From Rubripirellula sp. (lineage in GTDB: Bacteria; Planctomycetota; Planctomycetia; Pirellulales; Pirellulaceae), in the NCBI GenBank assembly GCA_965216875.1, contig OZ244207.1, forward strand, positions 768,001 to 832,000: a stretch of 64,000 nt of DNA, read 5' to 3'. Of this stretch, positions 28,108-37,526 are shown one piece after another. Position 1 is the first letter of the stretch; each line of letters starts with the position of its first letter. The position numbers were made by a program, and so were the translations under genes. The notes below the pieces were generated by a model. It was not told the DNA's origin, did no database searches, and saw only the letters and a list, made by a program, of their open reading frames with translations.

Positions 28108-28889
28108 GCAACGGTCTCGATCCGGTTGCCCAGCGATTAGCAGCCTCGGGCGAGCAAAACAGTTCGATGGTGCTTGAGTGGATTGAGCATCAAGAGCAGC
28201 GCCGTGCGATGAATCGCCAGGCTTCGTGGTGCAGTTTCAGTGGCTGGCTGTTGGTGACGGCTGCGGCGATCGTTAGCAGTTTCGTCGCATTCATGATGGC
28301 TCAAGATGCCCAGGAGCTCTACGACGAGGACTTCATCACTGCCGCGATGCCTTGGTCGGTCTCGTACCTGCCGTTTTTCATGCTGGCCGTCACGATCCTG
28401 TTGCTTGGTGGTGGTTTGGTTGGCTGGCTCTGTGAGATGATTCCTGGACTAAGTTCCTTTCGGTCGGCCAATGATTGGGCATCGGCCGGGGATGCCATGA
28501 ACCGCTTACTTTCAGTGGGGTGTACGTATCCCGAAGCGTTTCGGACGACGGCCAAGGTGATGAAGACACGTGGCAGCAGACGATGGTTTGATCGCGCAGC
28601 GTCGCGCGTTGAGCGAGGGGGTGACGACGTGGTGGTCGCCGACGTGCCGGAAGGTGACTCGACCGTTCTTGAACTGATGATCGAATCATCCGAGTCGGAA
28701 CCGGGCGATCGTTGGTCGGTCGCTGCGTACCATTTTTTTGAGGTCGCACAGAGGCGATTGGCTTTCCTGTTGGGGGCTTCGCCGATTTTGGCAACGATCA
28801 TTGCCGGGCTTTTGGTCTGGCTGTCGATTGCGGCCACACTTGGGTGGATGTGGAAAGCGGTTGCTGACATGGTGGTGGGTTTGCAATGA
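28101..28889 (+). CDS. GspF/PilC-like platform protein 2 (shorter)
   Basis: LLSVGCTYPEAF...RVERG domain pattern, three TM helices, overlaps both neighbours. Confidence 0.68.
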   Translation: MVSNGLDPVAQRLAASGEQNSSMVLEWIEHQEQRRAMNRQASWCSFSGWLLVTAAAIVSSFVAFMMAQDAQELYDEDFITAAMPWSVSYLPFFMLAVTILLLGGGLVGWLCEMIPGLSSFRSANDWASAGDAMNRLLSVGCTYPEAFRTTAKVMKTRGSRRWFDRAASRVERGGDDVVVADVPEGDSTVLELMIESSESEPGDRWSVAAYHFFEVAQRRLAFLLGASPILATIIAGLLVWLSIAATLGWMWKAVADMVVGLQ

Positions 28890-30034
28890 GCGATGCAGCA
28901 AGAACGATCTATGTCACTGTCAAAGTGCTCCTGATCATTTTGGTCGTTGGGTTCTTTGTCTTTATCTCACCGTCGTTGATCGGTCTGTTGATTGGTGCGA
29001 TTACAGTCGTTTCCATTTTCGATGTCACCAAGCGTCGTCGTCGGATTGCTGCGAAAACATTCAATTCAGCCGTTCGAGCGGTTTGTCAACACGAAGGCGC
29101 GGTCGGAAAGTTGGCGGTTGCCTACTCACGTGGTGGTCCGCTCGCCGGACCCTGCTACGAATACGCGCGTCGATTAATGATGGGGGAACATCCCGTCGAC
29201 GCCGCCGCGATTGCCCGCGTGCCGCTTCAGCTTTCGACGGCGGTTGCACTGGAAACATCGGGGGCGGTCGACCCAGCCAAGCTCTCGTCCAAGCCCGCGC
29301 TTTCGGGTGGCGTGGTCGACTTACCATCGAATCGAGATTTCTCGGGCATGCCAGCTTATGCCCAGTTGATGTATCTCGCGCTGACGGCGTGTGCCACCTG
29401 TTTGGTGATGACATTCATGACCGTATTTATCGTGCCGACGTTCGAAGCGATGTTCGACGAATTCGGATTGGACTTGCGGCATTCTGCTCTCCTTTCAGCT
29501 GGCCCAACCTTTTGGCTGATCGGGATCGTCTTGCTGTTGATCATGGGCACGGTCATCGTCGCGAACTCGAGTCTGTTTGGGTTGCGTCGGTTCGCTTCCC
29601 TTCCCATGACCCCTGCTGTGAGCGAACGCAAAGCCGAGCTGCTGCTCGGCCTTGCCGATGCGGTGGAAGCGGGCTGGCCGATTGGACGTGCTCTGGCAAT
29701 TGGACACACGATCGCCTTGCGAACCGATCAGCGGGTCGCAATGGAAATTGCGATGCGAATGATGGAACAGGGGCGAAGTGCTGATGAGGCGTTGTGTCGC
29801 GCGGGCCTCGTCACGGTTAAGGAAGCAACGTGGCTCAAAGGGGCTTCGCCACAACGAACTGCGGAGATTCTGCGAACCATTGCAGAACAGATCGTTCGGG
29901 ATGCCCAAGCGAATGTTCGGTGGCTGATGTCGATTCTGTTTCCTGTCATCGTCGTTGCATTGGGGATGGCTGTCTTGATGTTCGCGTTCGGGTTCTTCGC
30001 AACCTTGATGGAGTTGGTGAATGGTTTGTCATAA
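28886..30034 (+). CDS. GspF/PilC-like platform protein 3
   Basis: FIVPTFEAMFDEFGLDL, AVEAGWPI, MEQGRS, LFPVI..; ATGA overlap with the upstream gene. Confidence 0.8.
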   Translation: MSDAARTIYVTVKVLLIILVVGFFVFISPSLIGLLIGAITVVSIFDVTKRRRRIAAKTFNSAVRAVCQHEGAVGKLAVAYSRGGPLAGPCYEYARRLMMGEHPVDAAAIARVPLQLSTAVALETSGAVDPAKLSSKPALSGGVVDLPSNRDFSGMPAYAQLMYLALTACATCLVMTFMTVFIVPTFEAMFDEFGLDLRHSALLSAGPTFWLIGIVLLLIMGTVIVANSSLFGLRRFASLPMTPAVSERKAELLLGLADAVEAGWPIGRALAIGHTIALRTDQRVAMEIAMRMMEQGRSADEALCRAGLVTVKEATWLKGASPQRTAEILRTIAEQIVRDAQANVRWLMSILFPVIVVALGMAVLMFAFGFFATLMELVNGLS

Positions 30035-30482
30035 ACATCATTGCCGACGGCGACGCGGTAGCGTGATTCTGGAGGCGGTCATCTCGGTGGCGATCCTTGC
30101 CACAGCGATGGTGGCCCTGACGAAGCTCGCGCAGATTTCGTCGGCGCTTCACCAAGAATCGGATAGCCGATTGGCTGCAGCGCTCGCCGCCGAAAACGTC
30201 ATGACACGCCTCGATGCGGTTGCGGTTGATCAGCTTTCGGACGAAATCGAAAAGGCCGTTGTCGTGGTGGAAGAGGCAAGCGGTTGCGAGATCACTCCGA
30301 AACTTGTGCCGTTTGAAGTGAATGGACGCAAGGCCGTCCATGTTGAGCTTGAGGTACAAGCCGCCGAAGGGCTGGGCGTGACCATTCACAGGTGGATCGC
30401 GCAAGAGGCAAGTGAATCCTCTGCGAGCGAAACGGGCGAAGACCAGAGCGACCCAGCCGAGGAGGAAAGCGATGAGGCGTAA
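30021..30482 (+). CDS. Minor type IV pilin/pseudopilin (GspI/PilV-like)
   Basis: Basic leader RRRRG|SVILE with E+5, then a hydrophobic helix. Confidence 0.75.
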   Translation: MVCHKHHCRRRRGSVILEAVISVAILATAMVALTKLAQISSALHQESDSRLAAALAAENVMTRLDAVAVDQLSDEIEKAVVVVEEASGCEITPKLVPFEVNGRKAVHVELEVQAAEGLGVTIHRWIAQEASESSASETGEDQSDPAEEESDEA

Positions 30483-30939
30483 ACATCGTGGCAATACCTT
30501 GGTCGAACTGCTCGCGACGCTAAGCGTGTTGCTGATGATCGGACTCTCGGCAGCGACTCTGTTGGGGAAAGTGGCCAAGATTGGTCGTGACGCCAATCGT
30601 GATCGGCAGGGCCGTCAGGCGATCGTGAGAATCGCAGAACAGCTCCGTGCTGACACGCAACGGGCAAGCGGCGTGTCATTGGACGACACCTCACTCGTTT
30701 CGATCGATTTGGACGACGGTGATGTCATCTATCGTTGGGACCAAGCTTCACACTCGATCACGCGTCATGAACAAGGTCGCACGGGCGGGGCAGCCGACCA
30801 TCAAGCGGTTGCCCATGACCGTTACCTTCTACCTGAGGGTTGCCAACCGACGGCAACCCAGACCGATGGCATCCTTTCGATCAACTTCGGCAGCCCCAAT
30901 CAGTCGAGTCCTTGGATCGTCGAGGTGAAATCTCCATGA
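30472..30939 (+). CDS. Minor type IV pilin/pseudopilin (GspJ/PilW-like)
   Basis: GGAGG RBS, MRRKHRG|NTLVELL. Confidence 0.8.
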   Translation: MRRKHRGNTLVELLATLSVLLMIGLSAATLLGKVAKIGRDANRDRQGRQAIVRIAEQLRADTQRASGVSLDDTSLVSIDLDDGDVIYRWDQASHSITRHEQGRTGGAADHQAVAHDRYLLPEGCQPTATQTDGILSINFGSPNQSSPWIVEVKSP

Positions 30940-31283
30940 GAAAACATCCGGGCAAACCGTCGGGCCGTCGTGGCGCAGCCTTCTTGATGTTGGTCGTTGT
31001 GGTCGTGTTGGTGGTGATCGCCGCAACCAAAACGCTCGTGACCAGCGAAGTGGTCGCTCGCCGTGGCGAAAACACCGCATTGGAAACGAGCGATCTGCTC
31101 GCCGCGATCCAGTTCGCAAAGAGTATCGACCTTTCAAGTGGTCAAGCGATCGAGCTACCGGTCTCGGAAGGTCAATCGGTTTTGATCGAAGAACGCGTCG
31201 AAGTGCAGCGGCAAGATGGAAACTACACCGCGAAGTTGTTTCGCGGTTCAAGCGTCGTGGCCGAAGTGTCGCGAAGTCAATAA
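30936..31283 (+). CDS. Minor pilin lacking E+5 (GspK/PilX-like)
   Basis: GRRG|AAFLMLVVVVVLVV; ATGA overlap with the upstream gene. Confidence 0.7.
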   Translation: MRKHPGKPSGRRGAAFLMLVVVVVLVVIAATKTLVTSEVVARRGENTALETSDLLAAIQFAKSIDLSSGQAIELPVSEGQSVLIEERVEVQRQDGNYTAKLFRGSSVVAEVSRSQ

Positions 31284-31362
31284 CGGCAATCGACACAGCA
31301 AAGAAGGCCGTGTTTAGAAACGCAAACGTACAACTCCTTTTCATTGGTAACGAAACGGGTTC

Positions 31363-32454
31363 ATGATGTCTTCCAAGTCACAACGTCGCGCATTCACCTT
31401 GGTTGAGCTACTTGTCGTGATCGCCATCATCGGCGTCTTGATCGGTATGGCCGTGCCAGCGATGCAAAACATGCGTGAGCTGTCACGTCGTAGCACGTGC
31501 CAACAAAACCTGATGCACGTCTCGCTGGCCCTGTCGACCTATTCCTCGCGTTACGGCCACTACCCGGTCGGGTCGATCAACGCCGATGGGCCCATCAAGT
31601 CGGAAGCCAAGGGGTACCATCACAATTGGCTCTCTGGAATCTTGCCGATGATGGATGCGCAAAACGTGTACGACAACATTGACCGCAATGTGAGCGTCTA
31701 CCACAAGAACAATGATCCGGTCCGCCTGTTGCGAATTCCCACATTGCGTTGTCCATCGGGATCGGATGTGCATGAGTACACAACGGCCTATGCGGGAATC
31801 ACTTCCTCGAAAGAAACGCCGATCGATGCGGGGAACGACGGTGTCTTTGTTCTTAATCGAGCGGTCAGCGATTCGGATATCAAAGACGGACTTGGCTACA
31901 CCGTCTTTGTGGGTGAGCATCTGACAGCCTTCACCGAAGAACTGGGCTGGATCAGCGGCACTCGCTCGAGTTTGCGAAGTGCGGGGCACGCGATCAACGC
32001 CGAGCGAGAGCGAGTTCGCAAATCGATCGACCCTAAGAACACGGTCGACGCGCTTTATGTTGGTGGTTTGGCAAGCGACCATCCGGGCGGGGCCTACATC
32101 TTGATGGGAAGCGGCGAGTACGAATTCCGAAGCGTTTCGATGGACCTCCACGTTTTGCAACAGATGGCAAGTTGTGCCGATGGTGCCATTCCCAACGACT
32201 GGAAACCATTCGATTCGTTGGAGGATCGGCCGGCTCCAAAACCTGGGCAGCCGGGGGATGACCAAAAGCAGAACGCGGCGGCGCCAAACGGTGATCAAAC
32301 AGAGGGCGACTCGGAGCTTGATGGCGACTCGGAGGCCGATGGCAATTCGGACGCTGATGACGGTGAGGCTGCAGCGGATGCGGACGACAGCGAGTCGGAG
32401 ACTGGGGAAACCGGCGGCGACACATCGAGCGAAGACGTGGGAGCGGACAAATGA
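31363..32454 (+). CDS. DUF1559 family prepilin-like protein with an acidic tail
   Basis: RRA|FTLVELLVVIAII, CQQNL, RCPS, DIKDG, degenerate HPGG...SG. Confidence 0.9.
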   Translation: MMSSKSQRRAFTLVELLVVIAIIGVLIGMAVPAMQNMRELSRRSTCQQNLMHVSLALSTYSSRYGHYPVGSINADGPIKSEAKGYHHNWLSGILPMMDAQNVYDNIDRNVSVYHKNNDPVRLLRIPTLRCPSGSDVHEYTTAYAGITSSKETPIDAGNDGVFVLNRAVSDSDIKDGLGYTVFVGEHLTAFTEELGWISGTRSSLRSAGHAINAERERVRKSIDPKNTVDALYVGGLASDHPGGAYILMGSGEYEFRSVSMDLHVLQQMASCADGAIPNDWKPFDSLEDRPAPKPGQPGDDQKQNAAAPNGDQTEGDSELDGDSEADGNSDADDGEAAADADDSESETGETGGDTSSEDVGADK

Positions 32455-33518
32455 GTGTCGGCCAACGGTCGGGATTCACTCTGATTGAAGTCTTGGTGGT
32501 TGTCTCAATCATCGGAGTCTTGGTCGGTCTTTTGCTGCCTGCGGTTCAGGGCGCTCGAGAGGCCGCGCGGATGACACTGTGTCAAAACAACATGGTGCAG
32601 ATTCACCTGAGCGTGCAGGGCTATCACACCGCGTTCGATCGTTTTCCAGCGGGAACCGTCACCGACCGATTGCCCGCCCGCCTCTTTCCTGACGGAAAGG
32701 ACCACAGTTGGCTCGTCCAGACGCGGCCGTTTCTCGCTGGCGGGAACGCGTTTGAAGAAACTTGGTCTTCCGACCACTCAAGCTACCACCCCACCAATTG
32801 GCCGCTCGTTGCGATGGCATCGACCGCGATCGCTTGCCCATCAAACCCATCGTCATTCCGTTCTGATGTGGTGCCGTTGTGCTATGCCGGTGTGCATGAT
32901 GGACGCGATGTTCCCATTGACCATGACAACCGCGGTTTCTTTGTCGCCAATCGGTATTTGACCATCGGCGACGTCAACGACGGCCTGTCTTCGACTCTTC
33001 AGATTGGCGAAAAGCCTGTCGACATTGGCGGGAGTTTCTTCTGGACCAGTGGCAATCAGTCGTCACTTCGCTCAACTGCAATCGACATGAAAGTTCCAGG
33101 TGCGGAGCATTTTCGACTGCGCGGAGGGACTCGTCTTGGCACGCCTTATGGGATGTTTGCCGATCCACCAGGCCGAAGCTACGACGAGATCTCGAGCGAA
33201 TTGGCAGAAATGGATGGTGATCTCGAGTCCGACCTCATTTTCCTGCTTGGGGACGAGTTTGGAATGGCAGAGGTTGGTGCGCGCAGCGAGTATCACGCTG
33301 AGTTTGAGATACTGGATTATCCAGTGCCTGTGATCGGTGACCGATCGACAGCAGCATTGGGTTTCGCTTCGGTCCATTCGGGCAAGGTCAATTTTGTTTT
33401 TGCCGATGGCCGAATCGCGACGATCACCAATTCGATTGACGCCCAGCTCATGCGTCAATTGGCGATTCGAGATGACAGCCTACCGCTGTCCAACCCTCTT
33501 CTTGGCGCAACGCCCTAA
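32451..33518 (+). CDS. DUF1559 family prepilin-like protein
   Basis: RSG|FTLIE..GLLLPAVQGAREAAR..CQNN, DGLSST, H-X9-DG motif (HSGKVNFVFADG). Confidence 0.92.
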   Translation: MSVGQRSGFTLIEVLVVVSIIGVLVGLLLPAVQGAREAARMTLCQNNMVQIHLSVQGYHTAFDRFPAGTVTDRLPARLFPDGKDHSWLVQTRPFLAGGNAFEETWSSDHSSYHPTNWPLVAMASTAIACPSNPSSFRSDVVPLCYAGVHDGRDVPIDHDNRGFFVANRYLTIGDVNDGLSSTLQIGEKPVDIGGSFFWTSGNQSSLRSTAIDMKVPGAEHFRLRGGTRLGTPYGMFADPPGRSYDEISSELAEMDGDLESDLIFLLGDEFGMAEVGARSEYHAEFEILDYPVPVIGDRSTAALGFASVHSGKVNFVFADGRIATITNSIDAQLMRQLAIRDDSLPLSNPLLGATP

Positions 33519-33679
33519 CGCGAGCGAAACCGTCGCCGCGGGATGCCGTCAGCCGATCGACCTCTGGCAGAGCGATGCTCGCTCGCCTAGTCTTCGCATT
33601 ATCATGCCGTGTTACGGCAAGCTTGGCATCTTGATGAGCTTCTTTGTGTGCAAGAACGATTGGTTGGGGGACCCCGAAC

Positions 33680-33946
33680 GTGCTAACGGAACTAATAGGC
33701 TATTTCGCAGGCTTCTGCTCGGCACTTTGCTTTCTTCCGCAAGTCACCAAGACTTGGCGAACGAAAGCGGCCGAGGATGTCTCGATGGGAATGCTGGGTC
33801 TCCTGCTTGCCTCGGGGATCGGCTACGAATGGTACGCATTTCGGCTTGACCTGATGCCAGTCGTTGTCATGAATGGAATTTTTACGGCGTTTGTCCTGTT
33901 TGAAGTGGCGTTGAAGGTCAAGTACGACCTAATGGCCAAGCCGTAG
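33680..33946 (+). CDS. SemiSWEET (PQ-loop) transporter
   Basis: IGYFAG....FLPQV.KTWRTK.A.DVS, three TM helices, 88 aa; GTG start inferred. Confidence 0.85.
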   Translation: MLTELIGYFAGFCSALCFLPQVTKTWRTKAAEDVSMGMLGLLLASGIGYEWYAFRLDLMPVVVMNGIFTAFVLFEVALKVKYDLMAKP

Positions 33947-33948
33947 CC

Positions 33949-33989
33949 GCAGGCCGGATCAAGGAGCAACAGCGACACAGATCCGGCAC
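33949..33989 (+). repeat. 41-bp REP-like element (second copy at 42602-42642)
   Basis: GCAGGCCGGATCAAGGAGCAACAGCGACACAGATCCGGCAC; 37/41 identical to the second copy. Confidence 0.78.
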
Positions 33990-34032
33990 AGCGGTGAGCG
34001 GCCGCCGGTAATGCAGCAGGTCATCCCATCAA

Positions 34033-34059
34033 GGCCCGACGCTAGCGCGTTCGGCTCAC
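34033..34059 (-). repeat. REP-like palindrome family B
   Basis: Identical to 314-340. Confidence 0.8.
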
Positions 34060-34069
34060 AAAGGTGGCC

Positions 34070-34363
34070 TTAGGATGTCGCTTCGACCACCCAGCCGTTG
34101 ACTTCTTTGCCTTCGATCCAGTCGCCAGCAGTGTTGTAGAAATCAGCCATGTGAGCCGAGGCTCGATGCGCCTCAACGGCAGCCTCGTCTTCATAAAGCT
34201 CGTACAAGAAGAATCTAGAAGGGTCTTTGGGGTCGCGCCCAACGTCAAATCGCAAACAAGCTCGTTCGATTTCGAGTGTGCGGGCTGCATGACCAGCGAT
34301 CACCTCGGCAAACGATTCGATTTTGTCCTGCTTGATGGTCAGGATCACGGAGAGGGCGTGCAT
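34070..34363 (-). CDS. ABM-family putative quinol monooxygenase (LsrG-like)
   Basis: E..CLRFDV......FFLYELY.DEAAVEAHR.SAH. Confidence 0.85.
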   Translation of the reverse strand: MHALSVILTIKQDKIESFAEVIAGHAARTLEIERACLRFDVGRDPKDPSRFFLYELYEDEAAVEAHRASAHMADFYNTAGDWIEGKEVNGWVVEATS

Positions 34364-34574
34364 TGGCGGGCCTTAAGAAAAACGGTTGGCGTTGGAGTTT
34401 CGAATGAGTGTGCGGTAACCGTGAAACGCGGGGAAGGCGGCGTTTTATTCAAAAAACTTTCTTTTCCTGAATAAACTGCTACTCTCAGCCCGTCTTAATG
34501 CACCCAACGGGATACCGACCTCCCCCGAAACTCGTTGGCCCACCTTACCCTCAAGTCCCACCGAGATCCGCGGT

Positions 34575-37526
34575 ATGAATCGCAGATTCCTGCTTGCTCC
34601 TGCCACGTGCATCGCTCTGTTGTCGAGTTTGGTTGTCTGCGTTGGCGACGAAACCGACGCGCCCCTTCCTGGTGCTCGGGCAGCAATCGAGAGCCGGCTT
34701 CCCGATGGTTTTCAAGCAACCTTGTTTGCCGCTGAACCCGATGTACGCCAGCCCATCGGGTTTTGCATCGACGATCGTAACCGACTTTGGGTTGCCGAAG
34801 CGTACAGCTATCCGCGCCACACGGACCAGAATGCGAAAGACCGAATCGTCATCCTGGAGGATACCGATGGCGACGGCAAACATGACAAGCGAACGGTCTT
34901 TTATGAAGGCCTCAATTACGTTACCGGGATCGAGAAAGGTTTTGGCGGCGCGTGGGTGATGAGCCCACCCTACTTCTATTTCATTCCGGATCGAGATGGC
35001 GACGACGTTCCGGACAGCAAACCGCAAGTGTTGTTGGACGGGTTTGGAAATCACGACAACGCCCACAACTTGGCCAATGGTTTTGCTTGGGGGCCTGACG
35101 GATGGCTGTACGGCACTCATGGGCGAACCAATTGGTCCATGATTGGAACGCCTGGCAGCAAAGACAAAGACCGGCGGCGATTTGATGGAGGCGTCTACCG
35201 ATACCATCCTCTCACGCACGTTTGGGAACCCTACGCTGACGGAACGACCAATCCGTGGGGCGTCGATTGGAATGACTACGGACACGCGTTCATTTGCAAT
35301 TGCGTGAACCCTCATCTGTTTCAAGTCATTCAAGGTGCCCACTACGAGCCCTGGCGAGGGCGGAAGAGCAGTCAGTATGCGTATCAACGAATCGATACCG
35401 TCGCCGACCATCTTCACTTCACGGGTTTGAGCGACATTCGCCACGGTCATGGCACGGCCGAAGAAGACGCTGCCGGCGGCGGGCACGCGCATTGTGGCAC
35501 GATGATCTATTTGGGTGACAACTTTCCCCCAGAATATCGCAACACGCTTTTCACCAACAACGTCCACGGGCGCCGTATCAACAACGACCATCCGAAACGA
35601 AGCGGATCAGGTTACATCGCTTCGCATCTTCCCGACCTGATGCGGTCAGCGGACCCATGGTTCATGGGCGTCACTCTTGCCTACGGACCGGCGGGCGAGG
35701 TCTATGTCAGCGATTGGTCCGACACAGGTGAATGTCACAGTACTCGCAACACACGCAAAGCGACCGGACGCGTTTATCAGATCTCGTATGGTGAGCTGAA
35801 AAAAGAAACGGTTGATGTTTCGACGCGAACAAGTCTCGAGTTGGCCCAGCTGCAGTTGCATCGCAATGACTGGTGGGTTCGTCATGCACGCCGGCTCTTA
35901 CAAGAACGGTTTGCCGCCGGAGAAGACCTTGCGGCCGCACGCACGCGTTTGTTTGAGATCTTTGCAAATCACAACGAAGTTCCACGCAAGCTGCGGGCGC
36001 TTTGGACGCTGCACGTTACGGGGGGACTGGAAGAATCGTTTTTGAGCGACGCACTGTCACACGACAGCGAAGACGTACGTTCTTGGGCGATCACGCTCTT
36101 GTGCGAAAGCAAACGGCCTTCCGATTCCGTTTTGCAACGCCTTGCGCACTTGGCTCGTTCCGACTCGTCACCCCTTGTGCGGTTGAGCATTACCAGTGCC
36201 TTGCAGCGGCTCGAGCATTCACAGCGTTGGGAAATTGTCGAAGCACTCGCAAGCCACGGCGAAGACGCGGAAGATCAAAACTTGCCGCTGATGGTTTGGT
36301 ATGCGGCAGAGCCTCTTGTCACGCACGACCTGGAGCGTTTTGCAGACCTGTCTCGTCAATCGCAGCTATCGCGGATTCGGATCAATGCGGCTCGGCGGAT
36401 GGCCGATGCAGGCGAAGTCGAACGCGGCCTTGAACTACTTGCCGCTCATCTCGCCGATGAAGACGTCACCGCTGAGGTTGCCGAAGACATGCTTGATGGC
36501 ATTTTGCAGGGCGTCGAAGGCAAGCGAACGCTCGTCATGCCGCCTGCGTGGCGCAAGGCTTACGACCGGTTGGCGACGATCGAGAAGCCGGAACTACAAG
36601 ACAAGATCGTTCGTCTGGCTGTGATGTTTAACGATCAAGAGGCTCTCCGTCGACTTCGGTCCATTGCCAACGACGAGTCGGAATCGGCAGGTCAACGAAC
36701 ACGAGCGATCGAAACGCTTGTTGATAAACGAATCTCTGGATTCGATGACGATTTGATTCTTCTCATTGGTGACGCGGCCGTACGTTCAGCGGCGCTCCGT
36801 GGGCTTGCTTCCTATCAATCGCCAGGCACGGCAAATGCCATCTTGAGCCTTTACGCATCGATGGACGCCTCGGACAAGCAAGATGCTCAAATGACCTTGG
36901 CATCGAGAAAGTCTTGGGCTGTCAGCTTGCTTGATGCGATCGAGGGGAAACGAGTCGACGCCACGGAGTTGACCGCCTTTACCGCGCGGCAAATTCGAGC
37001 ACACGGTGATGACGAACTGAGTGATCGTTTGGCCGCACAATGGGGCAAAGTCCGTGAGACGCCCAAAGAAAAAGCCAAGCAAATCAGCCGACTGAAGAAA
37101 TGGCTGCCAAAACGAATCGACGAAGCCGATTTGGAACGGGGCGCGGCGCTATTCAAAAAGCAGTGTGGCAACTGCCACAAGTTGTTCGGCGAGGGCGGAG
37201 CGATCGGTCCCGACATCACGGGCGCTCAGCGACATAATCTCGACTACATGCTCGAAAACATCCTCGATCCGAGCGCGGCGGTCGCAAAGGACTACCAAAT
37301 GGAGTCGGTGCTGACGGTTGACGGCCGAGTCCTAACGGGGCTGGTTGTGACCGAGGATGAACAAACCTTCAAAATTCAAACCGTCAACGAGTTGATCGTG
37401 CTGCCTGCGGATGATGTTGAACGCCGCACCAAGTCGACCGTCTCGATTATGCCAGAAGGTCTCCTAGAACCGCTTGGTGAAGAAGAGATTCGCGATCTGA
37501 TGGGCTACCTGCGGCGGACGGAATGA
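34575..37526 (+). CDS. PVC-type heme-binding CxxCH protein (putative membrane-bound dehydrogenase)
   Basis: Signal peptide, LPDGF..TLFAAEP, DTDGDGK, WGPDGWLY propeller, HEAT-like repeats, CGNCH..GPDI, ILDPS, SIMPEG. Confidence 0.92.
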   Translation: MNRRFLLAPATCIALLSSLVVCVGDETDAPLPGARAAIESRLPDGFQATLFAAEPDVRQPIGFCIDDRNRLWVAEAYSYPRHTDQNAKDRIVILEDTDGDGKHDKRTVFYEGLNYVTGIEKGFGGAWVMSPPYFYFIPDRDGDDVPDSKPQVLLDGFGNHDNAHNLANGFAWGPDGWLYGTHGRTNWSMIGTPGSKDKDRRRFDGGVYRYHPLTHVWEPYADGTTNPWGVDWNDYGHAFICNCVNPHLFQVIQGAHYEPWRGRKSSQYAYQRIDTVADHLHFTGLSDIRHGHGTAEEDAAGGGHAHCGTMIYLGDNFPPEYRNTLFTNNVHGRRINNDHPKRSGSGYIASHLPDLMRSADPWFMGVTLAYGPAGEVYVSDWSDTGECHSTRNTRKATGRVYQISYGELKKETVDVSTRTSLELAQLQLHRNDWWVRHARRLLQERFAAGEDLAAARTRLFEIFANHNEVPRKLRALWTLHVTGGLEESFLSDALSHDSEDVRSWAITLLCESKRPSDSVLQRLAHLARSDSSPLVRLSITSALQRLEHSQRWEIVEALASHGEDAEDQNLPLMVWYAAEPLVTHDLERFADLSRQSQLSRIRINAARRMADAGEVERGLELLAAHLADEDVTAEVAEDMLDGILQGVEGKRTLVMPPAWRKAYDRLATIEKPELQDKIVRLAVMFNDQEALRRLRSIANDESESAGQRTRAIETLVDKRISGFDDDLILLIGDAAVRSAALRGLASYQSPGTANAILSLYASMDASDKQDAQMTLASRKSWAVSLLDAIEGKRVDATELTAFTARQIRAHGDDELSDRLAAQWGKVRETPKEKAKQISRLKKWLPKRIDEADLERGAALFKKQCGNCHKLFGEGGAIGPDITGAQRHNLDYMLENILDPSAAVAKDYQMESVLTVDGRVLTGLVVTEDEQTFKIQTVNELIVLPADDVERRTKSTVSIMPEGLLEPLGEEEIRDLMGYLRRTE

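Noticed and set aside
25899..33518. Calling this a complete canonical type II secretion system with gsp gene symbols
   Set aside because: GspC, D, L, M and O equivalents are not visible, and orthology cannot be assigned by eye.
34551..35591. 346-aa ORF antisense to the PVC heme protein
   Set aside because: A shadow ORF. The same reasoning applies to 7348..8172, 12694..13533, 18161..18979, 31483..32298 and 55555..56397.
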